A stretch of DNA of 59,204 nucleotides, counting the filler, from Sphacelaria rigidula (Eukaryota), in assembly GCA_964200075.2 (NCBI GenBank). It is 7 parts of 7 records of this genome, joined end to end, with 100 filler letters (N's around TTAATTAATTAA, not from the genome) between each part and the next. Parts side by side here need not be neighbours in the genome. Positions count along the whole stretch, not along the records: positions 16,945 to 25,316 come from CAXNAA020011353.1; positions 25,417 to 33,788 come from CAXNAA020011354.1; positions 33,889 to 42,260 come from CAXNAA020011355.1; 4 more parts are not named here. The stretch is one strand, 5' to 3'. Under the pieces are notes generated by a model. That model saw nothing but the letters and a program-made list of their open reading frames with translations. It had not been told where the DNA came from and did no database searches. Each line of letters starts with the position of its first letter. Position 1 is the first letter of the stretch. The translations under genes were made by a program, and so were the position numbers. Below are positions 25,142 through 38,350 of this stretch, in pieces.

Positions 25142-25316
25142 TACCTATGATACCCACGATATCATGGTATTTCGAGATTTCAATACCTACCGTATCCGCT
25201 CGATCGGGTATTTTGTATTTTCAAAACTCATACCTACGATACCCACAATAGAGAGTTTCGTGAACACAAATCAGAACTCAGGGATGAGGAAAAACTCAGG
25301 GATTATTAAGAAAGTT

Positions 25317-25416
25317 NNNNNNNNNNNNNNNNNNNNNNNNNNNNNNNNNNNNNNNNNNNNTTAATTAATTAANNNNNNNNNNNNNNNNNNNNNNNNNNNN
25401 NNNNNNNNNNNNNNNN
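25317..25416. other. Artificial contig linker
   Basis: N44-TTAATTAATTAA-N44. Confidence 0.99.
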
Positions 25417-26669
25417 GTGTAGACAAAGGATAGTGTTCAAGGTGCCGCTTTTGGGCAAGACAGATACAAAACACCCACCGGGGTACACGGTCAAAGAGAA
25501 GAGTACTTCATGTAGAACAACTGCTATTCCACAGTACACACCCCCCACATCAGACCAAACCTTCGTGACCGGTACCTGCGATCCCAACACTACATATATA
25601 AAGTTAATACCATACGAAGCGTTGAAGAGCATGGCTTCATAGCCTCATTTTCTAACATTCGGCTCCTTCTGAATTTCTCTGCGTTGTTAGCCTTCTGTCG
25701 ATGTATCTTTACGTTTTCTTTTTGTGTGTTCACATTCTGGCTCCCGTCACATAGAGTACACCGCTGTCGTGACTGTCATTGTTTCTCGTTGTTGTCTTTG
25801 TCGCCTTCCTTCACTTCTTTTTTTCTCCACCGTAACTTGTCACCGTTGCACGTCCTTCTTTTTCTTCTGCGCTTGTGTTTTCTTTTCGTACCGTACGCAT
25901 TCGTCTTCCCGTCCTTGCCAAGTAGTAGTAGACCACAACTTCTTCCCCTTACCATACTTGTCTGTACATACATGTTCTCTTCCTCGCGTTTGTTGTACAT
26001 TCCCCCATATAGTTTCAATGCCTTCGCGGTGGAGTTCTCTTCCCTTTCCTTGGGTTTTCCCCTTCCGTCTGGTTTTATGTCTTCGCATTAATTCCATATA
26101 TATATATATATATATATATTGCCACAACAACGCACGGGAAAGTATTCCTTCTTCTTCCTTCAACCCCTTCATCGGCGACGCACTCTTGTGCGTAAGACAT
26201 TTCGCTCCAACACCGCTCTGCCTTGCTTCCCTTCTACAACATGCCCATATCCATGCGGCACTATCCCTCTGTACAACATGCTATCACGGCCCTATCTCCC
26301 TGTCTGTTGTTCTCAGCCCTTTCTTTTCCCTTCCACATTGCATCGCACATATATAACGTCCATAGATTCTAGCACCCCCGCCCAGTGGGGGCAGGGGGGG
26401 CCCTCTTCTAGACCTAGTAGTAGATAAGATAGAATAAAATGAAATAAAATAAGAATATAATATGGCTCACTCTGAAGGAAAGAGTCAAACGCGATGCTAC
26501 AGTAGAGGAAGGGTGGACAAGAAAAAATGATCAAGGCGTGAGCCCGGCATAAACTATCTTACACAATCGATATGTCTACTGCTGCCGAGCAACGGCACTG
26601 GTTGCACTAAGTTTGCCGACGTGAAGAATCCACGATGCCCGCGTAGTGTCGTGGCGAAAAGTCGTTTGC

Positions 26670-26755
26670 CCCATGAAGTGAAATGACGATAGGCTGCCTC
26701 ACGGAGTGAAGTGAAATAAAGATAGGTTGCCCCGTGAAGTGAAGTGACGATACCG
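26670..26755. repeat. Imperfect ~30-bp tandem repeat, 3 copies
   Basis: tgaagtgaaatgacgataggctgcc / tgaagtgaaataaagataggttgcc / tgaagtgaagtgacgatacc. Confidence 0.7.
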
Positions 26756-28779
26756 CTTGTCGGGTAGATGTGATGTATCGAATTGTAGGCCGATGAAAAT
26801 GTTCATGTTGTGACGACATGTTGTGACGTGAAGCGGAGGCGAATCCAAAACGACTTGACCCACACAAATACCTTTTTACAATGCCGCACATCAATCAAAT
26901 CATACCAGGGCTTTTCGTTATTGCGGGGCGTTGAACATTTTTCGCCCCCAAGGTGACTCCAGCACAGATGCTTCGAAACCGTCGGCCAGTGATGCATTCA
27001 GACACGTAAAGAATGATTCGAACAGTTGCTCGAGAAGTCCTGTGCGTGTGGTCAGAGTTTTTGGTACAAAGTAGCAGACAGTGCAAACACGCTGCCACCG
27101 CACACAGTACCGTGCGAACACCGTGCGATCACGTACCTGGCTAACATGGGTAGGCAGGGACACCAGAGCTAACATGAGTGCGACATAAAAGACACATCTA
27201 AACTCCGAACGTTGCACGCGGAGTACGGTCTCACAATATCTAACTTTTAACAAGCAGTCAACAGCCTCTATATACCTACCTCAAGGCGGACTTTACCCCC
27301 CACTGCCGGCTATGTGTACTCTGCGCATGCTTATTCGCCGGTTTCCGTCTCGGGATACTTCACTCTCCAGTAGTGGGTCAACAGCACTTACCGCCTGCCT
27401 ACTTTACACTTCGTACACAAATGCATGCTGTAACATCCGGACCTGCTATGGGTAAATGTGCGCTGCACTGTAGTGAGATGCAACAACAGCATTTGTCAAA
27501 ATTCACATTTTCCCGTGCTAACTCGGGTATGGATGGACGCATGCCGCCTGCAGCGTTCTGTTGTAGCGATGGTGTGTGTGGAATACCGCGCCATGAACGC
27601 GCAGGACCGTGTAAAAGGGTGCACGACACGATGTACTTACAGTGCCGCTTTGGCACGGGAAGTATCGAGCACACGAGACAGCTGCGTCTTCTCTGTTCTG
27701 CCCAGCCTGATGATTACTTCGAGAAACCAACAGGGGTGAAAAAAATGTTGCGGACCAAAACAAAACCACGCGATCGGTTGTCCGGCTGCCTCAAGCCGAA
27801 CAGGAGGCACAATTGTTGTACCAGTACGCAGAAAATACGCGAAACAGAGCAGCCCTACAGCGATGCGATTGTGCAGTACTGTTTATCCTTCTCGGTTGGT
27901 CACCATGTCGTGATCTGGCCACGAGGTGATACGGGCATCACTCTCGAGGAACAAGTATTATAGTCGGGGGTTGCAATGTGCAATCAGTCGACTCAGAGGA
28001 CGGTTGCAGTAGAATGAAGAAACACGCCAACTCGCGGCTTCTAGACCATTGCGTCCGAAACAGCACTACATCATAAGGCAAAACATAGACTCATTTTCAC
28101 GTGCAGGGAAGTGCTCTTGACTTGCTTGCAAGCGAAATGCTCCAAGTGGTGGGTGACAGCTTTTTTGTTAGGCACTGCTAGGTAGCTCAACGACTGGGAG
28201 GCAGGGTGGTACTACTGTACTGCAAACCCGACTGGGATATAACACGAAAAACGTACAGATGGACTATGACCTATCGCACGTATCAAGCACATCGAGAACG
28301 CCTTCTATATGTGCGACTGATATCCGCCGCATCACGTGCTTCGGTAGAGTCTTCACCGAAAACTGCTCGGCCTGTTTGCGATGAGTCTGATTCCCCGGAT
28401 GCTATTGTAGATTTTTCCCCGGAGCACCATGCGTCCAATGTTACCGTAGCGTCTTGTAGCGAGTCCCCGAGCAAGGAAAGATATATTTTTCATTTTCCCC
28501 TCAGTATTGGCTCACGCCATTATTTCGCCGAAGATGTTGTTTCTCCCGCCCTCGGTTTCTTTGTCCAGTCCGCTTCCGCTACAAGCGTCAAGTCTAAGTC
28601 CTCAGGTGTTGGTATCCAACCTGGTCCCCCGTCAAGTGGTTTACCTTTCGCGCGATCTATTCCGCGTATACAGCCTCTGCAACCACCGCCGATACCGCTC
28701 GACGGCAGGGGGGGTTGTGGAGCGAGTACCGTCGCCAACCCGTCGGCATCCCCGCAGCCACTGATCAACGCGGTAAAAC

Positions 28780-29090
28780 CCGAGCCGACGCCGCTACCGT
28801 CATCTTTTCATCATACTGTCTCGCCGCCGCCACGAGGCATCGTCGTGCCAACATCATACCATACTGCCCCATCGCCGGACCAACACTAACGCATTTCTAC
28901 CACTGCCGCGCCGCCGTTACCATCATTTCCACCCACCGCAACGCCGCAACACATATATTTCCCCATTACCGCTCTGCCGCCGTCACCATTTCCATTCACC
29001 GCCGCGTCACGACCACCATCTTTCACCGCAACTCCGAGTCCGACACGATAGATGCCAACACCATTGCCGCCACCACCGACACAATCGGCA
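28780..29090. repeat. Degenerate C-rich tandem repeats
   Basis: Recurring ccgccg(t/c)(t/c)accatc(a/t)ttt(c/t)ca units. Confidence 0.55.
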
Positions 29091-30051
29091 AAATATTTTA
29101 ATGCGTGACGTCGTCGGCGCCGGTGGGACGGAGCGGGGGGCGGTGCCGATGGGTTGGAGCAAGGAAGTGATGCCGGTGGAGTGGAGCACGTACGAGGTGC
29201 CCGTTCGATGGAGAAGGGGCGCGTGACCATGGAAAAATGCAGAAAGCCTGAGATGGATTCTCCGAATGTGGCCATGTCAAGTGTTCATTTGTTGACCACT
29301 TCAGCTTGATGGTAGATTCATGCATTGGATCGTTTGATTTCGAGTGAAAGCGCAGTAATGTGACTGCTGTCCAACAGCGGTAATTTGACTAGTGGGCATC
29401 AGATTTGCAACAGTAATTGGCATGCTTAACAAGGAGTTGTTCGGGATTACTTTGAGAAAAAATAGCTACTTGCTTCTGAACCGCGTGAAACTTCCGGCTC
29501 ATGGCTTTGATCTTGCGTGGGGATGGCGGTATTTCGCTTTTTACTGTGTCGAATATTTTACCGTAGTCCGATTGGAGTGCGATTGTGGTTGTTCAGTCCC
29601 GGTTTTTATATTATCGCCAAGATGGCGACATGGTGGCAATTTTCCCTCATCTGCGTTTGATTGTCGACATGAAATTCAAGCGTTCCCAACCATGTGCTGT
29701 GGCCACGAAAGAAGTCAAAGGTTCGATTGATTTGACGACATAAACTTCTTGATGAATCATCGCATATGACGGATTCTTTTCGGTTGATTTAATTTATTAA
29801 ACTTGGATTTCGGGCCATACTTTTGTGGGATAGTTTTGGAAACACACGTCCCGAGATATGTTACATGATGCTCCCGAAATTGGGGAGGTGATATGAGATT
29901 CGGGGGTCACACAATTTAACGGGTGATTTTCCTTGATGATTTTGTTTTTTTCTTGCGGGGTCTTTCGTATATCACGGCATTTGTGCTGTGAGAGTTTGTC
30001 TGATTTCATGGAATGGAGTCAAGATTTCTTGTGTGATATGGGCAGGCTTGA

Positions 30052-30170
30052 CCCTTTTGAAACCCATTGGCGACTTTTGTTTTTGGGAATCAGCATCATT
30101 TTTAGTCCTTTTCAAGTCAAAAATGATGCCGATTCATGAGAAAAAGAATCGTCAATGGGTTCCAAAAGGG
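30052..30170. mobile_element. Minimal piggyBac-like MITE (119 bp)
   Basis: TTGA|cccttttgaaacccattg ... caatgggttccaaaaggg|TTAA. Confidence 0.8.
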
Positions 30171-30489
30171 TTAAGCCTCGACAGGGGGGGCAATTGAATG
30201 TTGCCGAGCTAAACACTAGTGGATATGTACGTGGATTAATACGGGTACATGCGGGGCAGATTAATGGTATATCATGGGTACCGGATATCGTCTGCGGTGA
30301 CGAATTGTTGTGTTATGGCTGGATGTATGACATAAGGGAACCCACCGTGCAGTCACGCCCTTTCTTGTTCAGAGTGTGTCACGGTACTGCATTTTGGGGA
30401 GAGAAAGCAGCTCTGGCGAAGCTTGCACGGTTGATGTTTGGTGAGTGAAGAGTATACGAGATTAATCCATGAAGAAGTCACTACCCATT

Positions 30490-30637
30490 CCCCTGTCCAG
30501 AGCAAGTCCTCTAAGAGGCACTCCCTTGTTTCATTATCTTCCAGAGGGATTGAAGGCCTTCGGGGGCTGTTTTTGCCCCTGGAGGGCTGTGCATTCCTCG
30601 GGAGGCCTTTTGGAGGGTAGCCAAATGGCCGCGTGTG
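30490..30637. mobile_element. Right-end fragment of the 24809-25141 MITE family
   Basis: Identical TIR gtagccaaatggccgcgtgtg at 30617-30637, preceded by cct..gagg repeats. Confidence 0.75.
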
Positions 30638-32668
30638 AAGTCTTGTGAGGGAGAAGGGTAGTCATATTAGGATCTTATTCCATAATATCAAAGCCATACT
30701 CGCAAGCTGGAGGAAAGTGCGATTTGTTGTTTAGGTCAGCCGTTCGAGGATAATCTAAATCGTTTTACCGAACGTTCCTGAAACTTACATAGAACAATCA
30801 GTATAGAACCGAACCGAAGTGAACCTGTTTATGTTCAAAATCAAATATTTGTCCTAGAAAACGCTTTGCGATTAGAAAAGAGCGAATTTCATTCCAAGAA
30901 AGCTCTCGGAGTCCGGCAATCTTTACTAGAGGTTGCAAAACCATACGTAGCATTGTTTTTTAGTACCTGGCGGGAGGGGGGGAAATGCGCCTGCTGGCAG
31001 CTTGCAATAGCGGTTTTGAGTTTACCGATCAAGATTCTCATATGCATACCATTCTCTCCCTAGAAGGCTTGTACGATCGAGTTGCTACCGGTAGTCAGTA
31101 CATCCAGCAGCGAAAAAATGCATTTATATTCCGTGCTGAGCCGACTGTCTACCTCTGTCTGTCGTTGCTCAAAAGCTGTTCGCAGGCAAGACCCCCCTCG
31201 TCAGCGCTGAACGGCGTGGGTCAGGAATGCAATGGCAGATGGTTAATCATAGGACACCCCTGTTCCTAACCATTTCTCGCCTCAGCTTGGGATGATTCTC
31301 CTCACATTACAACTTTTCGCCACAGACACCCCCACGACACCCCCACCATGCATGCGACCGGGCGAGAGCCGATAAGCTCAATTACAGGATTTCAGCCCTA
31401 ATTTCGGTCACGCCAGCAAGAGTTAAGTCACCCACACGAGGTATATTGTTTTCCTCTGCATACCAAGAAGGTGTACACGAGTGTTTGATCTCTCATACAT
31501 CCATACCCCCAACTGGGATGTGGCAGACTGCCTGTTGTCCTTGTTTTGCAGACGTCGGGTGAAATCAAGGACTGTCATAACATCCCCCAGCTTCCGATGG
31601 TTGGATCTTGCCGCAAGGGCTCAGCTGTCCTTGCTCGCATATGTGTGTGAGAGAGCAGTAGCGGTGACGGGAACATTACCCTGCTTTTCGACATCGTGTT
31701 CTACTGCTCATAGAGGCACTTCCTGTCCAAGCAGAGAGGTAGAGAAAAATCGATATTTGCACTGGTCAGCGCCACAGACAGGAGAAGACAACCGGGGCAT
31801 CCCGAGATCTTGTTTCCGCGGTTGTGCTACCCGCCTACCGGCACATGAGAAATTGAGTATGTGCTGGTGACATGCATGATGCCGGTCTCTGTAGTGGTTG
31901 CTGATCTCCGAACAAGGACACACAAAGGACACCAGCGGAGAGCTTCCTCTCCGCCGTTACTCCTCTGGTGATATCATCATCGACACTCGTGTGCACGGTA
32001 TTCTTTTGGTGCACCTAACCACACCGGCGTAACTGCAACGGATACTCTGGTTGCGAAGATGCTTGGTGATATTTCTGTTTGGCGTGAATATTCGGAATCG
32101 GGGTTAAACCCCATATTAATGCTGAACCCCAAAACTTACAATCGGCTGTTTTTACCATGCCCCATTTTCCCTCCGTAACAACTTTCAAAGTTCAACTCGC
32201 AATATTGAGGTGAAGCGGGGTCTGCACACCACAAATTCGCGTCTAGGCCGGCCCAGCTCGTACTAAAGTATTTCTCGATACACATCACTACTCGTAACAT
32301 CATACTCGTAGTGACCACCTGAACTCGGCGCGAGTACCACCTGTTCATGTGAACGGGTACACTGAGTAAACATTCACATGTGCGGATAGATTTACGCTGA
32401 CGCAAGGCTACTGGTAGTCAAGTGTGTGTGGCTACAGTACCACGCTCAGGCCAGCTGCTGCGCTGCCACCTGAGCTCACTCCAAATCTGATCCCTCCATC
32501 ATAGGATCGACTCCGTAAAGACACAATTATATATCTTTCGCCACGGGCCACGGAATACACTAGATTATTCACCGTTTGGGCAGAATGGCAGAACAAGGTG
32601 GTAGGCCTGCTATAGTAGTCGGTGAGCAGGGTGTTATTGAGCAATTGCGGGATGTGAATAGCCAGATG

Positions 32669-33788
32669 AGTTACATGGCTCAGCTACTGTGTGATTTGCA
32701 GTAAAACCAAGCTGCCTTACAGAGTAACATGGACGATATGAGGGCAGTGAGTGGGGCCGGGGGCGAAGAAACCAAAGGCGTCCTCGATAGTGATGGTTCC
32801 CATAGTCAACAGGGGGAATTCAACACGAACAGAACAGTGGAGCGACATAGTGCCGGAGTACGAAGAGACCGACGGTACATCGGGAGTCAAGCTGTTCCAG
32901 AGGAAGGAGCACGCGACGCAGGGGACGACGAGGCCACAAGTGACGGAGCTAGGGGCTTTGTCCCCGCACGTGAGTCAATCCTAGTAAACGCTGCAAGTGG
33001 AAATGTGTCAGGGGTTCCCGTTTTTCGACCGAACGTCCTGAAATTTTCAGGGAAGAACGCTGATTATGCTCGGTACAGACATGAGCTGACCAGGTCAACT
33101 TCGCAAGGGGCGAAGGAATCGACTGGGTGTTTACCATGGCCGGCGATAGTTCGCACGACGTAGATGTCGGTACACCTGAATTAGCACTGGGGTATCTGAA
33201 AAGTAGACACGGGAAGGACACAGTGGCAACCAACGTGAGGGCGAGACGGATGCTTGTTGCCAGTTTAGAAGGAAAGAGGGAGCAAGATATTCTGCTCAGG
33301 TTCCACTCACCTGGTGTGGTTTGGAGAAAACTCGAGGATGTCCTTCGCCCCAAAACAAATGGGGCGAGAACCACTTTGTTGTAAAAGTTCGATGGAGTCA
33401 AGATTGGTGTTCGTGATGATCCTGAGCAGACGCTGCTCGAGATGAAGGAAATTGCACGTAACCTGAACTCATACGAGGAGCATGAACAACTAAGCGAAAA
33501 CCATATCCTCTTGAAATACCTCAACACATTGCCCTTCGAGTATCACATTCAGAAGCAGTTGCAGGAGAATCGAGAGGAGCTGCTGACACGGGAGGTGGTG
33601 CTAACTTCGATCCGAAAGCGCTTCGAATCGACATCTTTGAAGCAGAAACTTGACCGGGGAAAGAAGTCATCCCCGGGCGACCAGGCTCTCCTTGCCAGGG
33701 GTGGGACCGGAAAACCGAGCGGTGCACACCGCAAGGGAAAACCGGGAAAACACCAGGGCTCTGGTCAGGCACTTTCTACGATACCCCC
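32669..33788 (+). mobile_element. Ty1/copia LTR retrotransposon 5' part; gag pseudogene with frameshift and stop, cut by contig end
   Basis: ...SPGVVWRKLEDVLRPKTNGARTTLL*KFDGVKIG..DDPEQTLLEMKEIARNL..LSENHILLKYLNTLPFEYHIQKQ..LTREVV..DQALLARGG (copia UBN2-type gag). agttacatggctcagct at ~32669 resembles the copia PBS GGTTATGGGCCCAG. Confidence 0.8.
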
Positions 33789-33888
33789 NNNNNNNNNNNN
33801 NNNNNNNNNNNNNNNNNNNNNNNNNNNNNNNNTTAATTAATTAANNNNNNNNNNNNNNNNNNNNNNNNNNNNNNNNNNNNNNNNNNNN
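33789..33888. other. Artificial contig linker
   Basis: N44-TTAATTAATTAA-N44. Confidence 0.99.
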
Positions 33889-33890
33889 AC

Positions 33891-33932
33891 CTAGACTACT
33901 GACAAGTCAGCGCTGACTTGTCAGTAGTCTAG
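33891..33932. repeat. Perfect 42-bp spacerless palindrome
   Basis: ctagactactgacaagtcagcgctgacttgtcagtagtctag equals its own reverse complement. Confidence 0.95.
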
Positions 33933-35201
33933 TTGGTTGTCTCTTAAACCGTCACAGCGCTCGAGGGGGCGTTGTTACACATTGCGGTACGGTTCAAGAT
34001 GTGTAGCGTATGGGTCAAAGCCGTCAGGGTCGTTGTTATTGACGGAGCTGTTCTTTTTTTACTTTTCCGACTTTTTCCGGTGAAAAAAGCGCCCTCCCCT
34101 AAAAATGTGATCACAGATTCTCAACCAAGTCAAGGAATAGAACAATTAATTCAAGACTAACTACATACTACTCAGACCGTCTAGGTTTGGAGTTTTCTCC
34201 GGCCCTTTTTTTTTCTCTAATCGTAATATTTTCCGGAAACGTATTGCCCATCTCGCTTGGCTTGGTATAAAGCTCACCCAGTATTTATTGCTGGTGAATT
34301 TCCTGTACCCCAGCACTCATTGCTGATAAAATAGAATCAGCGTTATGCATATTTCTCCACACACAAGGCCTCACCACAGAGAGAACTGACCTTGGCGCGC
34401 TCATAGCATGCTGATTATATGCCTGTCGCAACGCTAGACATGAAACACGATGCGTCCGATCTGTTTCATCACTAAATTGCGTTACCGTGCTCTTGTTGGT
34501 GCCATCGTAAAACACTGCAAATTCGATTCGCGATAAATATATCTCTGTAAATATATTTCCATGTGTAAGTACGTCATTCCCGGTGCGGTTTGCCTTTGGC
34601 TTCTGAAGACTGATTTCCATGGATAGCTTCGCTAGGTGAGGCCAACACGATACAAAACGTTCTCTATGGAAAGAAATGCAGAGAAAAGGGCGGCTCGACC
34701 AGAACTAAGATGCTATGTTTCTTCTCCCAATCCTACCGTTGTAATCGCAGCCTGCCCTCCAATGGAAATCAGACATAACATTCCGGAACGGAAAGCCTGT
34801 GGACGGCCGCGGACCCCAGGAACGGGTAAGCGCATTGAAATGGATGGGATAAGGCTAAAACGCGAATCAAATGCCGCAGTGGCGCCTCGCCTGCAGAATA
34901 TGTCGTTTTCGAGTAGTATTCCGAACTACTCGCCTTCATGTTGCAGTGAGTGTATGTTGCCGCGTATTTTGTTGTGATTTGCACTAGGTACCAGCATGCA
35001 GTGTTTTGGTTTTTGCTGTATGCTGGTGGTTCTTGGCGTGTATATCGGTCTCCTGCCCCAGTTCTACCCTATCGCAATTTTAGTTTATCAACTTGATGAT
35101 TTTTTCGTTCTGAAAAAACTCCCCCCCCTCTGCTCTGAACGCCACACTTGATACGAGTGTTCATGAACACCTATTTCCACCACCTCGTGGAATTTTGGCA
35201 G

Positions 35202-35630
35202 GGGAACTGGCGACGATCTTCCAGCACCCTAGGCCCCCACGACCCACCCCTCCGGGGGAATGAGTTTCTCTCGTGCGCCTGCTCCGCCAGCAGCGACGAT
35301 ATTTCCCACATGCTCGCGCAAACCGCGTACCGGTCGGTAGACTCTATTGTGAGCGATGGACTATGTGTATCCGCGACGGAGCATGGCTCCTTGCGTGTGA
35401 ACCGCGGTTATGAGCCCAGCGAGGACCCCCAGAATGTCGCTTGGGAAGGGACAGCGCAAGAGAGGAAGAAGGGCTGGTATTGGAGGACGTTCGGCAAGGA
35501 AGTCGAGACATCTGCGAAGGGGAAGCAACGTGGCGACGACGAGGTCTCACCCGCACAGGATGGTGCCGACCGAGGAGGGCCAGCTAGGGCGGAAGAAAAC
35601 GATGTATTCAAGGAGGAGTCGTCCACAGAG
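35202..35630 (+). CDS. Internal exon of an unknown protein
   Basis: CAG acceptor and GTGAGA donor, 143 open codons, phase 0/0: GNWRRSSSTLGPHDPPLRGNEFLSC...EESSTE. Confidence 0.7.
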
Positions 35631-36034
35631 GTGAGAGTATTCCGCTTGAAAATCATGGTAAGAGCACGATAAGTTGGTCTGGACGTACAGGCTTGATGCC
35701 GGCGTGAAGCTATACACAGAGCAAATCCCAATATTTTGAAATTGGCAAATAGAAACTTTCAAATGGTTGAATCAGTTCATTGGCACAGCACCATGCGGAG
35801 ATGGACGTTAGGCACGGTCATGGCTGCTTCCTGAGATACTTCATGCGTTCAGGACTTGTGAACTTCCATATTCACTCGTATCCGTGCTTTCCGTGTCGCA
35901 CTGCCGATGGGACAGGAGGTGTACATGAGATAAGCGCCCATTTCTTCACACGCCACGCCCGTACATCATATTCTCGTACATGTCAACCGATCCCACTCCT
36001 ACCCTCACCCCTACAAACACACACTAACATGCAG

Positions 36035-36307
36035 ATGATGGTGCACCGGGGGCGAGTGTCGGTAACCCGAAAGACACCGCCAACAAGGAAGAGGCTGTCC
36101 GGCTTCTTTTACAACCGAGAGCACTGCAGGACAGAGACGACCTTCCGGTCACCGCGGCCCGCCGGATACTGGCGGACCTACTTCTCCATGGTGGACAGCA
36201 CTGGCCGGGATATCCGGAACGCTGAGCTGGGGGTAACCCCTGATGGCCGCGTCGCGGTGACAACGCCTCGGGGAAGGGTACTGTGGGAGCCGAGTCTAGA
36301 CGTTTAG
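36035..36307 (+). CDS. Terminal exon of the same unknown protein
   Basis: Branch point CACTAAC plus CAG acceptor; MMVHRGRV...ELGVTPDGRVAVTTPRGRVLWEPSLDV*. Confidence 0.7.
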   Translation: MMVHRGRVSVTRKTPPTRKRLSGFFYNREHCRTETTFRSPRPAGYWRTYFSMVDSTGRDIRNAELGVTPDGRVAVTTPRGRVLWEPSLDV

Positions 36308-36853
36308 CTGACTTTTTGTGGGATACCATCTGGAAGTGGGAGGGAGGTGAAGGGGGTAGTGGGCGAAAAAACAATAAGATGAAAGAAGGAACGAAATAAC
36401 AAAGGAAAATAGGAGAAAAATGGACGATTACCATAGGATGAGGAAAACACATCAGGGCGAGGAGTAGTGCACGTCCGGTACCTTCGGTAGGATACATGAT
36501 ACGAGCATATAGATGTGTTGCCCAAGCACGAAGCCTCGGACTAATCTCGAGTACAGCCTGCACGGCAGCCAAGGATCAGTTGTTTCCCTGGGTAACTGCA
36601 AACGGCAGAGAAAGGGGTAGGGGGTAGGTTTGAGAGTCGACAGGGGTGTGTTATGGGGTGGCGGGTGGGTCCAGCTGTATCTCTTTGGTACACGGTACTC
36701 TGCGATATCTCATGTAGCTATCCCAGTCTGCGAAACTACCGCCTACTACGGATCATGTTCTTAAGAATGCTTGAAGTCCGTTCACCGCACAGAGTGAAGA
36801 TAATTTTTACAAACGAATGTTGGGGACGGGGTAACAAGGGTGGGGATGGAGAT

Positions 36854-37990
36854 GGGGGGGCGTAGTACTCGTGTTTTGCTTCCTGTAGTCGTTTGACCAT
36901 TTTGCCCACTCATCCCTTTCGAGACGGAGCATCGTTCCTGCTCCTCATAATAGAGGCACCTCCAACATTTGGGCAATTATTGCGTTTTTCTCATACATTA
37001 CACAAAACCTTTTGCACATCTCATCCCTTTCCTGTTCCGCCGTCTGTGGCCACCATCCATCTCTTGGTATAGTATTCGTTTCCTTCCTACTATCCGTTGT
37101 ACCAAACGCTTTCGTGTCACAATATTTCAGATCCCTCATTTCCTTCTCCACCACGTTCCGCTCTTCCTCGCATAGTTCATACTCCCCCACTATATGGGTT
37201 CTACTCTCCGTTGCTTTGACACAAGGGCCATTATGTGCGTTTACCTCCTCCTACACCCGACTACTACTGGTACACCCATTTCGCCTTCTCGGCAGGTCCA
37301 GGTCCTCAACCAGAAATCGCGATTTCAGCGTCATTCCGTAGGCCATGAGGCCGTGCAAGTATGTTTTCATCCCTATCTCTTCTCTCGATGCCCCGTGTTT
37401 CTTCGGGTGTTCTTCTTCATCCACTTTTTGTCACGGTGCTACTTTTGCCCTTATTCCTATATATTCTTCTTAGTTTGGTCTTGTACTGCCCACGGTCACC
37501 TATGGATAATATCTGTTCTTGGTTTCCTCCTACATTCTCCCATACTTTCTCGACTACCCTATAATATCCCACCTTGCTGCAGCCTGCCCTTTCGTTACTT
37601 CTTCCCATACAGCGCTATAAAAACTACGGATGGATGGTAATCTCCTTCTTGGTTCCTTACATGGTGTTGCCATTTTGATTTTCTCGTGTCTCGATTTGTT
37701 TCAAATGGGTATATTCCCAATTCTGCTCTGAATACTGCCTTGCTCGTTGTTTTTGACCATTCAACTATATTCTTAGCTGCTGTCATCTGTACTGTTTCCA
37801 GTAACTTCACGAACTTCGCGTGCCCTTTGCAAACCTCTCTTGCACACTCTATCTAGTTGTTGCAGAATCACATCCATCAGAATAAATATCCTAATCCTAG
37901 TGCCAGTGCCGAGGTGTGAGTCTCTTAGGATCACGCTCAGCTGGATCCGGCGTTTCCAACACCTTTTACTCAAGTACCCACGTTCATGCC
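36854..37990 (-). mobile_element. 5'-truncated, degraded non-LTR retrotransposon (LINE) ORF2 C-terminus and 3' end
   Basis: KLLETVQMTAAKNI..SKAVFRAELGIYP..RDTRKSKW, LKSRFLVEDLDLP, C-x-C..ESRTHIVGE, WWPQTA; ends gagta..cgccccccc; several frameshifts. Confidence 0.85.
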
Positions 37991-38350
37991 AGGCGGTCTA
38001 CATGGTATAGCCATCCAGGCGCTTCACACCATCGTATCTTTTTTATCTTTCTGCACCACTGCTGTAGTGGCTGCTTCCCTCTAGGAAAGTTTTTTTTTTT
38101 GTTCACCGTACAAGACTCCGGCGTCGGTGTGGAAACCGGTTTGCCCGTGTATTATACAAAGACGTTTCTGCTGCTGCGTGCAACATGTGTGTATGCCAAG
38201 TATATGATTTTATAAAGCGGCGCATCTGGGGTCCGCGGGTAAAAGCATGTTTAGGTTTCAACCTGCGTAATAAGCATCGAGAGAATCTGAGCAAATATGT
38301 ACATATTCCCCTCCGATGGCATACATACGACGTGTGTAGAAGCGGGGGAA

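Noticed and set aside
16200-25316. Continuation of the myosin gene past the linker
   Set aside because: No myosin motifs were found, and the next segment is an unrelated contig.
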